Assembly: GCA_964616425.1 (NCBI GenBank)
Contig: CAZTQY010000004.1
Location: forward strand, 46,251 to 110,250
Direction of reading: 5' to 3'
Source: an uncultured Candidatus Saccharibacteria bacterium
GTDB taxonomy: Bacteria; Patescibacteriota; Minisyncoccia; Phycocordibacterales; DATDWN01
Length of the DNA stretch: 64,000 nucleotides
The translations under genes and the position numbers were made by a program. How positions within the stretch are numbered: the stretch's first letter is position 1; the number at the start of each line of letters is the position of its first letter. The notes under the pieces were generated by a model. That model saw only the letters and a program-made list of their open reading frames with translations, was not told the origin of the DNA and did no database searches. Below, in pieces: positions 1 through 10,247 of this stretch.

Positions 1-788
1 GCAATATCTTCCTTGAACTGTGCAAGCATTTTGTCTAATTCACCCTCTATTACTATTTTAGGTAAATCTATAGTTGAGTCTTCTATTATTTTTTCAATAA
101 TAGCTGTTCTCTTCTTATCCTTTTCTTTTATTTCCTTTTCTTTTGTAATGTTTTCTTTGATTTTAGTTCTAAAATCTTCTAAATCTTTGAAATCCCCAAG
201 AGATTTTACAAACTCATCATTTAGTTCAGGTAGGTCGGAGTCTTCTATTTTTCTATGATTATGCTCTTTTCCTCCTCCGGCTTCTGCATGAACTTTTTCA
301 TGAGCCACATTTTCTCTAATTGTTTTTATTACGTCGTCAACTTCTTTGTCAGACACTTCAGTCGAAGCTATCCCCTCAGATATTAAAGCTTTCGATGCAA
401 TTTTTTTATAGTCTGCCAGTTTAACTTCAGGCATGAGTGATGTTGTGACTTTAAACTCCATATCACTGCCGACACCTATTTTTGTAATAGTGATTTCAGG
501 TCGGCCAATCGCATCTATTTTGTGTTCTTCTAGGATATTTGGGTACTCTTCATTTAATGCGATTTCAGCTGCTTCTTCTAAAAGTGATCCTTCTCCAACC
601 TTTTGAGCAATAAGATTATCGGGAGCATTTCCTTTTCTAAATCCAGGAAGTTCGATTGATTCCTTAAGCTTTTTTATTGCTTTATCACGCATTAGAGCCA
701 TTTTTTCTGCTGTGATAGTACCAATAATTTCTAGCTCTCTTTCTGGAAGAGGGCTAAGCTTAACGTCTTTATAGTGTTTTTTTGTCAT
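1..788 (-). CDS. tig: trigger factor (N-terminal part; gene runs off left edge of window)
   Basis: Minus-strand reading frame from ATG (complement of 786-788) reads MTKKHYKDVKLSPLPERELEI...ELPGFRKGNAPDNLIAQ; PGFRKG(K/N)xP is a hallmark trigger-factor ribosome-binding motif. Not in ORF track because it is open at the window edge. Confidence 0.65.
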   Translation of the reverse strand, partial: MTKKHYKDVKLSPLPERELEIIGTITAEKMALMRDKAIKKLKESIELPGFRKGNAPDNLIAQKVGEGSLLEEAAEIALNEEYPNILEEHKIDAIGRPEITITKIGVGSDMEFKVTTSLMPEVKLADYKKIASKALISEGIASTEVSDKEVDDVIKTIRENVAHEKVHAEAGGGKEHNHRKIEDSDLPELNDEFVKSLGDFKDLEDFRTKIKENITKEKEIKEKDKKRTAIIEKIIEDSTIDLPKIVIEGELDKMLAQFKEDI

Positions 789-872
789 GAAACTCAGTCT
801 ATATTGACGGCTTTGTTTTGTAAAGTAAAAACCGCCCTTGAAGGCGATATTTACTTAAGTACTATATATAGT

Positions 873-1175
873 TTAAAGTGCCTGTACTTCTGCTCCAAGA
901 TTGTCCAGGTTGGTGCTGTTTAAATCTGCATCAATAGAATTTAAATCATCAGAACTAGTTGTCATGTTTATTGAAGATGTCTCATCAGCGTTAGTTGTTT
1001 GCTGGGTTGATGTGTCTGTAACCATGTTCTGTCTAAGTTTCGCTTCTTCCACTCTCTTGCCCCAGAAGTATAGTCCTCCAAGTATAATAACAGCAATAAT
1101 AACAATTGTTCCTATTATTGAACCTATTGATGATTGGTTTTCAGTTTGAACTTGTGATTGAATTGTTGGCTCCAT
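873..1175 (-). CDS. small membrane protein, hypothetical (one TM helix IIGTIVIIAVIILGGLYFW)
   Basis: 100-aa ORF with ATG, single hydrophobic helix; followed on minus strand by hairpin cgccttcaagggcg+T-run (841-870). Confidence 0.35.
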   Translation of the reverse strand: MEPTIQSQVQTENQSSIGSIIGTIVIIAVIILGGLYFWGKRVEEAKLRQNMVTDTSTQQTTNADETSSINMTTSSDDLNSIDADLNSTNLDNLGAEVQAL

Positions 1176-1194
1176 TATATTTATTGTTAGTTAA

Positions 1195-1842
1195 TTAATT
1201 ATCCTGTTCCTTAGTCGAAGATGCATTTTTAAGTTGAGATACTCCTCGAAGTGATCCGACAGATTTTTGGAGACTCTGATGTGCAGACCGAAGATCCTTT
1301 TCAAGGTTTTGTATTGAAGACTTCATTGCTGATATAGTTTCTTTCGCTAGTGCAAATGTTGTAGCCGAGTCAATAGTTGTGTCATTTAAAGCTGTATTTT
1401 TCATAGCATCTAGCTCTAACTGAGCTTTGTCCAAATACACTTTTGCCTCTGCAACATATTTTTCAGCGTCAGCCGTTGATCCACCATTTGCTTTTACCTT
1501 TTCTATTCTAGAATTAATTTTAGCCATTATTGCTAACTCACGGTTAATTGTGGCTTGAAGTCTTAAATACATTTTACCAAATCTAGATTCAATTTTTGTT
1601 TTGATTATTTCTTTTCTGTCATCTCGGATTGACCTAGTTGTGCTAGCAATTTTTTCTCTGAGCTCTACTCTGTTTTCAGACGAACTAGCTATGTTTTGTT
1701 TTAAATCTTGGATTTTCTCTCTTTGCTCTTCTGGCATTATCTTTGTTACTTGAGGCTTGTCTGTAGTAGTCTCTGCAAAGGTTGCCCCAGCATTTCCAAA
1801 CAGTAGAACCGCGACCATTGAATTTAATATAATATTTTTCAT
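1195..1842 (-). CDS. secreted coiled-coil protein, hypothetical (signal peptide MKNIILNSMVAVLLFGNAGATFA)
   Basis: 215-aa ORF, N-terminal signal-peptide-like segment, K/E-rich helical repeats. Confidence 0.45.
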   Translation of the reverse strand: MKNIILNSMVAVLLFGNAGATFAETTTDKPQVTKIMPEEQREKIQDLKQNIASSSENRVELREKIASTTRSIRDDRKEIIKTKIESRFGKMYLRLQATINRELAIMAKINSRIEKVKANGGSTADAEKYVAEAKVYLDKAQLELDAMKNTALNDTTIDSATTFALAKETISAMKSSIQNLEKDLRSAHQSLQKSVGSLRGVSQLKNASSTKEQDN

Positions 1843-2003
1843 CTTTTTAGTGTCTTTTTAGTAATGCTCATAATTATATACCACAAGAGTATATTTTGTC
1901 TCGCACTATATGACGATATTATAATATTTTTCTTACTATATTTTTATATTTTCAAATTACACATTTATTTGATTTTAAAAGATAATATTGTATTATGCTC
2001 AAT

Positions 2004-2930
2004 ATGATAAAGGTTTTTTCTCACATTTCGCCAGACACAGACGCTACAGGTAGTGCTATTTTATGGTCTTGGTTTATGAACACTCATGGAGGAGTTGAAG
2101 CCAAGCCATTTGTTCTTGGTCCACTAAACAAGGAGACATTGTTTGTTCTCAATAAATGGGGTGTTCCTGAACCAGAACTCCTGTCGTCTCTACAAAAGGG
2201 TGATGATGTTGTTATTGTTGATACAAATAACCCACAGGAGTTACTTCCAGATATCATTGACGCAAATATTTTAAAAATAATAGATCATCATAAATTGTTT
2301 GGTGGTTTACAAACAAATTCTCCAGTAGAAGTTACAATGCGCCCTTTGGCATCGACCGCTTCTGTTATTCACGGTCTATTTGGTATCGAGGCAGATAGAC
2401 TGCCAGAAAACATGGCAGGAATAATGCTTTCTTGTATTTTATCCGATACTTTGGCTTTTCGTTCACCAACGACCACCGCTCATGACAAGGATATTGCTGA
2501 AAAATTAGCAAAACAATTAGGCGTCGATATAGAGACTTATTCTAATGAGATGTTTAGAGCAAAGTCAGATGTTTCTGATTTTACTGATATAGGTCTTCTG
2601 CATCTAGATAGTAAAAAGTTTCCAGTGGGGGATAAAAACATTCGCATTTCTGTAGTGGAAACTACAGACCCAGAATCAATTCTTTCTAGAAAGGACGGTC
2701 TAGTGTCTGCTATTAAGGAGATTCTTGTTAATGAGCCTGAAACAGATGATGTTTTGGTTTTTATAATCGACATCTTTAAAGAAGAAGCTTTTGTATTAAC
2801 TTATAACCAGTTTACTAAAGATGTTATTTCAAATTCATTTGAGGTAAATGTGGATGAAGATGTAAAAGTCTTGCCCGGAATTCTATCGAGAAAGAAGCAG
2901 ATAGTTCCAGCTCTTAAATTACCAGCATAA
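2004..2930 (+). CDS. ppaC: manganese-dependent inorganic pyrophosphatase (family II, DHH)
   Basis: MIKVFSHISPDTDATGS, DTNNPQE, IDHHKL, ILSDTLAFRSPTTT and SRKKQIVPAL match family II PPase motifs; start moved to 4th codon (MIKVF) of track ORF 1995. Confidence 0.8.
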   Translation: MIKVFSHISPDTDATGSAILWSWFMNTHGGVEAKPFVLGPLNKETLFVLNKWGVPEPELLSSLQKGDDVVIVDTNNPQELLPDIIDANILKIIDHHKLFGGLQTNSPVEVTMRPLASTASVIHGLFGIEADRLPENMAGIMLSCILSDTLAFRSPTTTAHDKDIAEKLAKQLGVDIETYSNEMFRAKSDVSDFTDIGLLHLDSKKFPVGDKNIRISVVETTDPESILSRKDGLVSAIKEILVNEPETDDVLVFIIDIFKEEAFVLTYNQFTKDVISNSFEVNVDEDVKVLPGILSRKKQIVPALKLPA

Positions 2931-2966
2931 AATAAAACACCCGATTGATCGGGTGTTTTATTTTAT
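2931..2966. terminator. bidirectional rho-independent terminator (acacccgattgatcgggtgt flanked by A/T runs)
   Basis: Perfect 8-bp stem with A-run upstream and T-run downstream between convergent ppaC and nusA. Confidence 0.6.
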
Positions 2967-4106
2967 TTATTCCTTTGGCTCTTTTTCTTCCTCTTCAGTT
3001 TTGTTGCCGACAGACTGAATGTCGATTTTCCAACCAGTTAGCTTTGCTGCGAGTCTTACGTTTTGTCCACCTTTACCTATAGCTAGTGACTGCTGATCTT
3101 CAGAAACAGTAACAGTCGCTTGTTTCTCCGCTTCGTTTATCTTTACTTCAATAGTTTTTGCAGGGGATAGAGCGTCTTCTATAAATTTCTTTGGATCTTC
3201 TGACCATTCTATAATATCTATTTTTTCTCCACCAAGTTCTGACATAACAGTAGAAACTCTAACTCCTCTTTGACCAACCATTGAACCAACAGGGTCAATA
3301 TGTGAGTCGCTTGATGAAACAGCTATTTTTGTTCTAGAACCAGCTTCTCGAGCCACAGACTTAACAACAACAGTGCCGTTGGCAATTTCTGGGGCCTCAG
3401 TTTCAAATAGTTTCTCTAAAAACTTTGGATGACTTCGAGAAAGTCGAAGAAATACACCTTTTCCAGATTCTTCTACTCGATATAGGTATGCGCGTATTCT
3501 TTCACCTTGACCAAATCTCTCTCCAGGAATCTGCTCTTCATAAGGAAGTAGGCCTGTTGCTCGTCCCATGTCGATAAATATGTTTCCGCGTTCAATTCTC
3601 TGAACTGTTCCAGAAACAATCTCACCTTCTCTTTTGCCGTACTCTGACATAACAGAAACTTTCTCTGCTTCTCGAATCTTTTGCATAATAACTTGTTTTG
3701 CTGTTTGAGCAGCGATTCGGCTATAGTCCTCTTGTCCTTCTAGAGGAAATATCATCTCATCTCCTAGTTGCACGTCCTTTTTTATACGACGAGCGTCGCT
3801 AATCATTATGTGCTTTTCTGGATTGTATAACTCAATCTCCACTTCACCTTCTTTAAGTTCAAGAGGTATTTCGTCTTCGTTCATCACTATAGTTGATTCA
3901 TCAACTACGATTTTTACCTGAAACATCTCTGTTTTTCCTGTATTCAAATCAAATTTAGCTCTAACGATCTGGCCTTTCTTTCCGTATTCTTTTTTGTATG
4001 CAGTAGCTAGGGCAAGTTCAATAGCCTCAATGATTTTTACTTGAGGGATACCTCGCTCTTCTTCAAGTTGAGCTAATACTGAATTGATTACTTTTAAATC
4101 CATCAT
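2967..4106 (-). CDS. nusA: transcription termination/antitermination factor NusA
   Basis: 379 aa; N-terminal NusA domain, S1 fold and two KH-like segments (GKGGQNVRLAAKLTGWKIDI). Confidence 0.9.
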   Translation of the reverse strand: MMDLKVINSVLAQLEEERGIPQVKIIEAIELALATAYKKEYGKKGQIVRAKFDLNTGKTEMFQVKIVVDESTIVMNEDEIPLELKEGEVEIELYNPEKHIMISDARRIKKDVQLGDEMIFPLEGQEDYSRIAAQTAKQVIMQKIREAEKVSVMSEYGKREGEIVSGTVQRIERGNIFIDMGRATGLLPYEEQIPGERFGQGERIRAYLYRVEESGKGVFLRLSRSHPKFLEKLFETEAPEIANGTVVVKSVAREAGSRTKIAVSSSDSHIDPVGSMVGQRGVRVSTVMSELGGEKIDIIEWSEDPKKFIEDALSPAKTIEVKINEAEKQATVTVSEDQQSLAIGKGGQNVRLAAKLTGWKIDIQSVGNKTEEEEKEPKE

Positions 4107-4366
4107 ATTGTTTGTTGTTATGAACTTCCAAATTTCATCAATCTCTGCGTTAAAATTGAAAAATTTTCGTCACCATACTGCTAAGTATGGTTTCTCAAAT
4201 TTTTCAATTTTGCCTTGACCTTGAAGAAATTGTGAAAGTTCTAATTTTTAAATTGATTATCCATTCTTATTTTACCGTATTTTGGTAAAAAAGAAGGTCC
4301 GGCTTTCGCCGAACTTCAATAAAATAATAATATCAGCTAAGAAATTGTTTGTCAAATTAATAAAAA

Positions 4367-4638
4367 GAGGGGCCCGTCCGAAGACAAGGCCCCTCTGGGG
4401 TTTGGTGCGGGACCGTTCTAGTCCGCACCTGGGGCATAGGAATACCCCATAGTATCCAAGCCTAAATCTGGAAATCAATGGTCATGACAGAGGCGTGCGC
4501 TCAAGTCCTTGATGAGTGTCTTGGACGAGGCACAGGTGACGGACTAACCATTGATTTTGATTTAAATGAGTGCCCGGTAACACCCATTGGTGACATGGAC
4601 TAGTCACCACCACTGCAGGCGTCCGCCACCCCTAAACC
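4367..4638. ncRNA. GC-rich (~58% GC) structured non-coding island, candidate ncRNA of unknown class
   Basis: No ORF >=60 aa consistent with region; strong hairpins: gaggggcc/ggcccctc (8 bp), ggtgcgg/ccgcacc (7 bp), atcaatggt/accattgat (9 bp long-range), ggtgac/gtcacc (6 bp). GC far above flanks. Confidence 0.3.
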
Positions 4639-4798
4639 AAAATGAGAACAACAACTTTTGAAAGTATATGTAAATTTTATTTATAGTCAAACATTTATTT
4701 TTTTTGTTAATGATCACCGAAAAGTTTTTATTGTTATAAACATTATTTATTAGAAAATGAATTAAGCATTGTGCTATAATTTGTATACAAATTTCTCT

Positions 4799-6550
4799 AT
4801 GCACATTGAAGAATCACAATTAAAGAATTTTATTTTAGACTCAGGTCTTGTTTCAAGAGCGGATTTAGAATCTGCAGAAAAAGAAGTAAAAGAAACTGCG
4901 GGGAACTTAGGAAAGATTTTAGTTAATAAAGGAAAAATTACCGAGGATGACTTGCGAAGAATGCAGGCTTATATCTTGGGGATTCCATTCGTTGATTTAA
5001 AAGGAGAGAAACTTCCTTTCGAAGTTCTTTCGCTTATTCCAGAACCTATTGCAAGAAACCACAATATAGTTGCTTTCAAAAAAACTCAGGATACTTTGGA
5101 AGTGGCGATGCTTGATACAGAGGATCTAACAGCTATTGATTTCGTAAAAAAGAAAGTGGGTTTGAAAATCCTTCCTAGACTAACAGACGCAGACTCAATG
5201 AAGAGTGCTATTTTGCAGTATCAAAAAAGTTTGAAAGCCGAGTTCGGTGATCTTATTGCGGAGGATGTGGGTCAGATAAAAAATATTCCAGACGACAAGC
5301 TTGATGATATGAACGAAGCTGATTTAAAGAAATTAGCTGATGACGTTCCTATGATCCGTATAGTAGATACTCTTTTAAAGCATGCTATTTTGCAAAATGC
5401 ATCAGATATTCATATAGAGCCACAAGAAGGTCAACTTTTAGTTAGATATAGGATTGATGGTCTTTTGCATGATGCCATGATACTGCCGAAAAATATGGCA
5501 CCTAGTATCGCTGCTCGTATAAAAGTTCTCTCTAGTTTAAAGTTGGATGAAAAAAGACTGCCTCAAGACGGAAGATTTAAAATAGATTCAGATGGAGAAA
5601 AAGTTTCTTTTCGTGTTTCAACTCTTCCAACATACTATGGAGAAAAGATTGTAATGCGTCTCCTTCGAGATGCTGTTTCAGGATTCACACTCGAAGGTTT
5701 GGCTTTTCATGGTTCTGGTCTTGAGAGAATTCATACAGCTTTGAAATCAACAACAGGTATGATTCTTGCAACTGGACCTACTGGATCTGGAAAAACAACA
5801 ACTTTGTATACTATTTTGGATATTTTAAATACTCCTGATGTAAACATTTCAACTATTGAAGATCCTATCGAGTACCAAATGAAAAGAATAAACCAAACTC
5901 AAGTTCGTCCAGAAATTGGCTTTTCTTTTGTTTCCGGTCTAAGAACTCTCGTTCGTCAGGACCCAGATATTATAATGGTGGGGGAGATTCGAGATAATGA
6001 AACAGCATCACTCGCTGTTAATGCGTCTTTGACAGGTCACGTTGTGCTTTCAACTCTTCACACAAACTCAGCAGCGGGTGCAGTGCCTCGTTTGATTGAT
6101 ATGAAAGTTGAGCCGTTCCTAATAGTTTCGACAGTAAATATAATTATTGGACAGAGATTGGTTAGAAAATTGACAGATCAGAAAGAGAAGTATTTTTTGA
6201 CCAAAGCTGAAATTAATACATTAGGTAAGTCAATAAATCTAGATAAGGTCTTGAGTGCGTTAAGGGAAGAAAAAGTCGTTGGTAAATCCGATGACTGGGA
6301 TAAAATTCCATTTTGGAGAGTAAAAGAGGGGGTGTCTCCAGCTGAAGGATTTTCAGGTAGAGCTGGTATCCATGAGATTTTAAAAGTATCACCAGCAATT
6401 AAAGAGGCAATTTTGAAATCCGGAAACGCTGATGAAATTCAAAAGATTGCTGAGCAAGAGGGTATGCTGACAATGATAGAAGACGGTATTTTTCAAGCTG
6501 TACAGGGAGCAACCACAATCGAAGAGGTATTAAGAGTAATTTCTGAATAA
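4799..6550 (+). CDS. pilB: type IV pilus assembly ATPase PilB (GspE family)
   Basis: GspII_E N-terminal domain, Walker A GPTGSGKTTTLYT, Asp box and His box; extended -10 tgtgcTATAAT at ~4766-4776; start at MHIEESQ (11th codon of track ORF). Confidence 0.85.
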   Translation: MHIEESQLKNFILDSGLVSRADLESAEKEVKETAGNLGKILVNKGKITEDDLRRMQAYILGIPFVDLKGEKLPFEVLSLIPEPIARNHNIVAFKKTQDTLEVAMLDTEDLTAIDFVKKKVGLKILPRLTDADSMKSAILQYQKSLKAEFGDLIAEDVGQIKNIPDDKLDDMNEADLKKLADDVPMIRIVDTLLKHAILQNASDIHIEPQEGQLLVRYRIDGLLHDAMILPKNMAPSIAARIKVLSSLKLDEKRLPQDGRFKIDSDGEKVSFRVSTLPTYYGEKIVMRLLRDAVSGFTLEGLAFHGSGLERIHTALKSTTGMILATGPTGSGKTTTLYTILDILNTPDVNISTIEDPIEYQMKRINQTQVRPEIGFSFVSGLRTLVRQDPDIIMVGEIRDNETASLAVNASLTGHVVLSTLHTNSAAGAVPRLIDMKVEPFLIVSTVNIIIGQRLVRKLTDQKEKYFLTKAEINTLGKSINLDKVLSALREEKVVGKSDDWDKIPFWRVKEGVSPAEGFSGRAGIHEILKVSPAIKEAILKSGNADEIQKIAEQEGMLTMIEDGIFQAVQGATTIEEVLRVISE

Positions 6551-6555
6551 TTAAA

Positions 6556-7770
6556 ATGCCAATATTTAAATATAAAATTTTAGATCCAGATAAAAACACA
6601 AAAGAGGGAGTAATGGAGGCAAAGGATAAATTTTCTCTCTATCACACTATAAAACAGGATGGTAGTGTTGTTATTTCGGCAGAAGAAGTTACCTCTAAAA
6701 AGAATTCATTTTTTTCAATGTCTTTTTCTTTGGGAAGTGGTGTAAAAATGCATGATAAAATTATTTTTGCAAAAAATTTATCAAAAATGATAGACGCTGG
6801 ACTTCCTTTAACCAGAGGTCTATCGATAATGGAAAGACAATCAAAGGGTAGATTTAAAAAGATACTTTTGGAACTCAATGAGTCAATATTAAAAGGGAAT
6901 ACGTTTAGTGATTCAATGAAGAATTATCCAGATGTCTTTTCAACACTATTTATATCAATGGTTAGAGCTGGAGAAGAGTCGGGTAATCTTTCGTTAGCTT
7001 TAAACAATATCGGTTTGCAGATGGAAAAGTCTTATCAACTGACAAGAAAAATCCGTGGCGCACTTATGTACCCAGCTGTAATATTTTCACTCATGATGGT
7101 TATAGGTGTTCTCATGATGGTTTATATGGTACCAACACTTACGTCTACCTTTATCGGTCTTGGTATTAAACTTCCATTGTCTACTAGGATCATTATATTC
7201 ATAAGTGATTTCCTAAAGAATTATTTTATCTTTGTCATTCTTGGAACAATTCTTTTTGTGTTTGGAGTTATAGCTTTATTGAAGACAACTAAAGGCCAGA
7301 GATTTATTGATACTCTTATCATAAGAATCCCGGTTATAGGTCTCATTGTAAAACAAATTAATTCTGCGAGGACAGCTAGAACACTATCTTCTCTACTCTC
7401 TTCAGGCGTAGATATAGTTGTAGCAATTAGTGTTACTAAAGACGTTATTCAGAACCACTACTACAAAGAAGTTTTGGATGAGATACAAAATGTTATTCAA
7501 AAAGGAGCTCCGATTTCTGCTGTATTTTCTGCACACAATGATCTTTATCCTCTTTTCGTTGGGGAAATGGTTTCTGTTGGTGAAGAGACCGGTAAGATCG
7601 GGGACATGCTCTTATCTGTGGCGCTCTTTTATGAAGAGGAGGTTGATCAACAGACCAAAGATATGTCGTCAATTATAGAACCTGTTCTCATGATATTTAT
7701 CGGTGTTGCCGTTGGATTTTTTGCTATTTCAATGCTTGGACCGACATACAGTTTGGCTGATGCTCTTTAG
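6556..7770 (+). CDS. pilC: type IV pilus inner-membrane platform protein PilC (GspF family)
   Basis: 404 aa, two T2SS-F repeats, three TM segments. Confidence 0.85.
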   Translation: MPIFKYKILDPDKNTKEGVMEAKDKFSLYHTIKQDGSVVISAEEVTSKKNSFFSMSFSLGSGVKMHDKIIFAKNLSKMIDAGLPLTRGLSIMERQSKGRFKKILLELNESILKGNTFSDSMKNYPDVFSTLFISMVRAGEESGNLSLALNNIGLQMEKSYQLTRKIRGALMYPAVIFSLMMVIGVLMMVYMVPTLTSTFIGLGIKLPLSTRIIIFISDFLKNYFIFVILGTILFVFGVIALLKTTKGQRFIDTLIIRIPVIGLIVKQINSARTARTLSSLLSSGVDIVVAISVTKDVIQNHYYKEVLDEIQNVIQKGAPISAVFSAHNDLYPLFVGEMVSVGEETGKIGDMLLSVALFYEEEVDQQTKDMSSIIEPVLMIFIGVAVGFFAISMLGPTYSLADAL

Positions 7771-7822
7771 GAACAAATAAGCTCACCGTTTTTTGTTTTA
7801 TGAGTTAGAACAAAATAATAAG

Positions 7823-9631
7823 ATGTTAGACTTTAAAAAAAATAAAAAAATAAATCTAAGTAAAGGATTTACATTTGTCGAACTCATAGTAGGTGTTGCC
7901 GTTTTTTCTGTTATTGTTGTTGCTGTTTATGGGGCTTACACAAAGGTGTTTGACGTTGTTTATGCTAGTCGCGCGAAAATTGAGGCTATAAGTATAATAA
8001 ATGAGCAATTTGAGATTATTAGGAATATGTCATATTCGGATGTTGGAATATATGGTGGAGTTCCATCTGGTGTTTTGGCGCATACACAGACCATAAGCCG
8101 TGATGGTTATAGCTATAATCTAACATTTACAGTCAGAAATATAGACGATCCATTTGATGGCACTTTGGGCGGTTCTCCAAATGATCTTTCCCCTGCAGAC
8201 TATAAACTTGTGGAAGTGGAAGTTGGTTGTAATGATTGTCGCCAAGATTTTCCATCGATGTTTGTTACAACAAAAGTTTCCCCAAAAAATTTAGAGACAG
8301 CTTCTACAAATGGAGCTTTGTTTGTTAGGGTTATTGACGCAAATGGTAATCCGATTTCTGGGGCTGATGTTCACATTGAGAATAATCAAATAGCCCCACA
8401 TATTGTTATTGATGATACTACTAATGCTGAGGGCTTGTTGCAGATAGTAGATGCACCACCCGGCATAAATGCATATGAGATAACGGCTACAAAGTCAGGT
8501 TATTCAACAGATAAGACTTATGCTGTGTCAGTGGGAAACCCAGATCCAACGAAACCACATGCAACAGTCGTATTGCAGCAAGTAACTCAACTTAGTTTTG
8601 TGATAGATAAAATTAGTACGTTAAATGTTAGTTCGGTGACTAGTTTGTGTAGCCCAGTTTCTTCTTTCAGTTTTAATTTAAAAGGGAATAAGTTGATTGG
8701 TAATCCTAATCTTTTGAAATATAGCCAGAACAAAATTACGAATGGATCAGGATTGTTGACTATAAACAACATAGAATGGGATACGTATTATTTGACTAAT
8801 ATAGATTCAACATACGATTTAATTGGTATAAATCCTATATCTCCTATAAATATAGTACCAAATAGTAGTCAAAATATAGATTTTATTCTGGCCACAAAGT
8901 CACCAAAAACTCTTCTGGTGACTGTAAAAGATAGTGTCACGGGCTTGCCACTTTCTGGAGTAAACGTTGAGATTGTTGGAAATTCATTTGATTCAACATC
9001 AATAACGGGTCAAGGGTTTTTAGGACAGACTGACTGGTCTGGTGGCGACGGTCAGGCTACTTCTAGTGACCCAACTATGTATTTTGAATCAGATGGGAAT
9101 ATAGAAAATAGTGATCCAATAGGGGATATTGAGCTAAAAAATACTCTCGGAGTCTATACTAACTCAGGAGTTTTAACTTCATCTACTTTTGATACTGGTT
9201 CAGCATCTAATTTTCAAAATATTACTTGGAATCCAATATCACAACCAATATTAACTGATACGCCAAATATTCGTGTCCAGATTGCAACAAATAGTGATGG
9301 AGGGGATTGGAATTACACTGGACCAGATGGAACAGACTCAACATATTACACCACTTCAGATCAGAATATTTATTCTGGAAACAATGGAAATAGATATTTG
9401 AGGTATAAGATATTCTTCAATACGGCAGATGACTCAGTTACACCAAATATTTCTGATATTGCCTTTACATTTACATCTGACTGCACTCCTCCAGGACAAG
9501 TTTACTTTCAAGGTTTATCATCCGGTGATTATGTTCTTCACTTGAGCAAGGCTGGTTATGTCAATCAAGATGTTAATGTGACAATGTCTTCTGATTGGCA
9601 GGCACAAGACGTAACTTTCGTATCAGAATAA
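7823..9631 (+). CDS. large pilin-like protein with prepilin-type N-terminal cleavage/methylation signal (KGFTFVELIV)
   Basis: Class III signal peptide motif G/FTxxE followed by hydrophobic helix; ~600-aa S/T/N-rich extracellular portion; track ORF starts at TTG 7793, first ATG at 7823. Confidence 0.6.
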   Translation: MLDFKKNKKINLSKGFTFVELIVGVAVFSVIVVAVYGAYTKVFDVVYASRAKIEAISIINEQFEIIRNMSYSDVGIYGGVPSGVLAHTQTISRDGYSYNLTFTVRNIDDPFDGTLGGSPNDLSPADYKLVEVEVGCNDCRQDFPSMFVTTKVSPKNLETASTNGALFVRVIDANGNPISGADVHIENNQIAPHIVIDDTTNAEGLLQIVDAPPGINAYEITATKSGYSTDKTYAVSVGNPDPTKPHATVVLQQVTQLSFVIDKISTLNVSSVTSLCSPVSSFSFNLKGNKLIGNPNLLKYSQNKITNGSGLLTINNIEWDTYYLTNIDSTYDLIGINPISPINIVPNSSQNIDFILATKSPKTLLVTVKDSVTGLPLSGVNVEIVGNSFDSTSITGQGFLGQTDWSGGDGQATSSDPTMYFESDGNIENSDPIGDIELKNTLGVYTNSGVLTSSTFDTGSASNFQNITWNPISQPILTDTPNIRVQIATNSDGGDWNYTGPDGTDSTYYTTSDQNIYSGNNGNRYLRYKIFFNTADDSVTPNISDIAFTFTSDCTPPGQVYFQGLSSGDYVLHLSKAGYVNQDVNVTMSSDWQAQDVTFVSE

Positions 9632-9632
9632 T

Positions 9633-10247
9633 ATGAAAAAAATTTCATCACAAAGGGGATTTACTATGGTGGAAATGGTAATAAGTATCGCCATTTTTTC
9701 TGTAATTTCATTGGTGGTTTCAAGTTTTGCTAAAGATGTGTTTTCACTGAATTATTTTTTACAAGGCAGTCTAAATGCCCAGATAGATTCGCAACACATA
9801 GTGAAAGTTATGATTACTGAGCTGCGAGAGGCCGGCCCATCTGTATTGGGGGCTTATCCTATAGCAGTAGCATCTTCTAGTTCAATAACATTTTATTCTG
9901 ATGTTAATAATGATGGTTTGAAAGATAAGGTTAGATATTTTGTTAGTGGTGCTGATCTAAAACGTGGCATTGTATCTCCAACTGGAAACCCGCTAACTTA
10001 TGTAGATGCAAATGAAAAGCAATCAACAATAGTAACAGGATTTGTATCTAGCTCAACCTTGCCACTTTTTCAATATTTTCCATCTACATATACAGGCACA
10101 ACATCCCCACTTACATCGCCTGTCGATATTCCATCTATTCGGTTAGTTAAAATTACTGTTATAATTGATAAAGATCCGAACAGATCTCCTGTGAAAATTA
10201 TAACAACCTCACAAGTGAATATTCGAAATCTTAAGGATAATCTTTAA
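9633..10247 (+). CDS. pseudopilin / minor pilin (prepilin signal RGFTMVEMVI)
   Basis: N-terminal GFTxxE methylation motif and hydrophobic helix; 204 aa. Confidence 0.6.
   Translation: MKKISSQRGFTMVEMVISIAIFSVISLVVSSFAKDVFSLNYFLQGSLNAQIDSQHIVKVMITELREAGPSVLGAYPIAVASSSSITFYSDVNNDGLKDKVRYFVSGADLKRGIVSPTGNPLTYVDANEKQSTIVTGFVSSSTLPLFQYFPSTYTGTTSPLTSPVDIPSIRLVKITVIIDKDPNRSPVKIITTSQVNIRNLKDNL

Noticed and set aside
13-258. 81-aa plus-strand ORF at window start
   Set aside because: Lies antisense within the trigger factor coding region (minus strand); low-complexity translation.
4272-4478. 68-aa minus-strand ORF overlapping the GC-rich island near nusA
   Set aside because: Overlaps strongly structured GC-rich sequence, no SD or promoter context; more consistent with non-coding RNA.
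4367-4638. Assignment of GC-rich island as RNase P RNA or SRP RNA
   Set aside because: Could not find P4 (GGAAAGUCCGG / CCGGCUUA-like) or SRP domain IV motifs by eye; left as unclassified candidate rather than naming a class.
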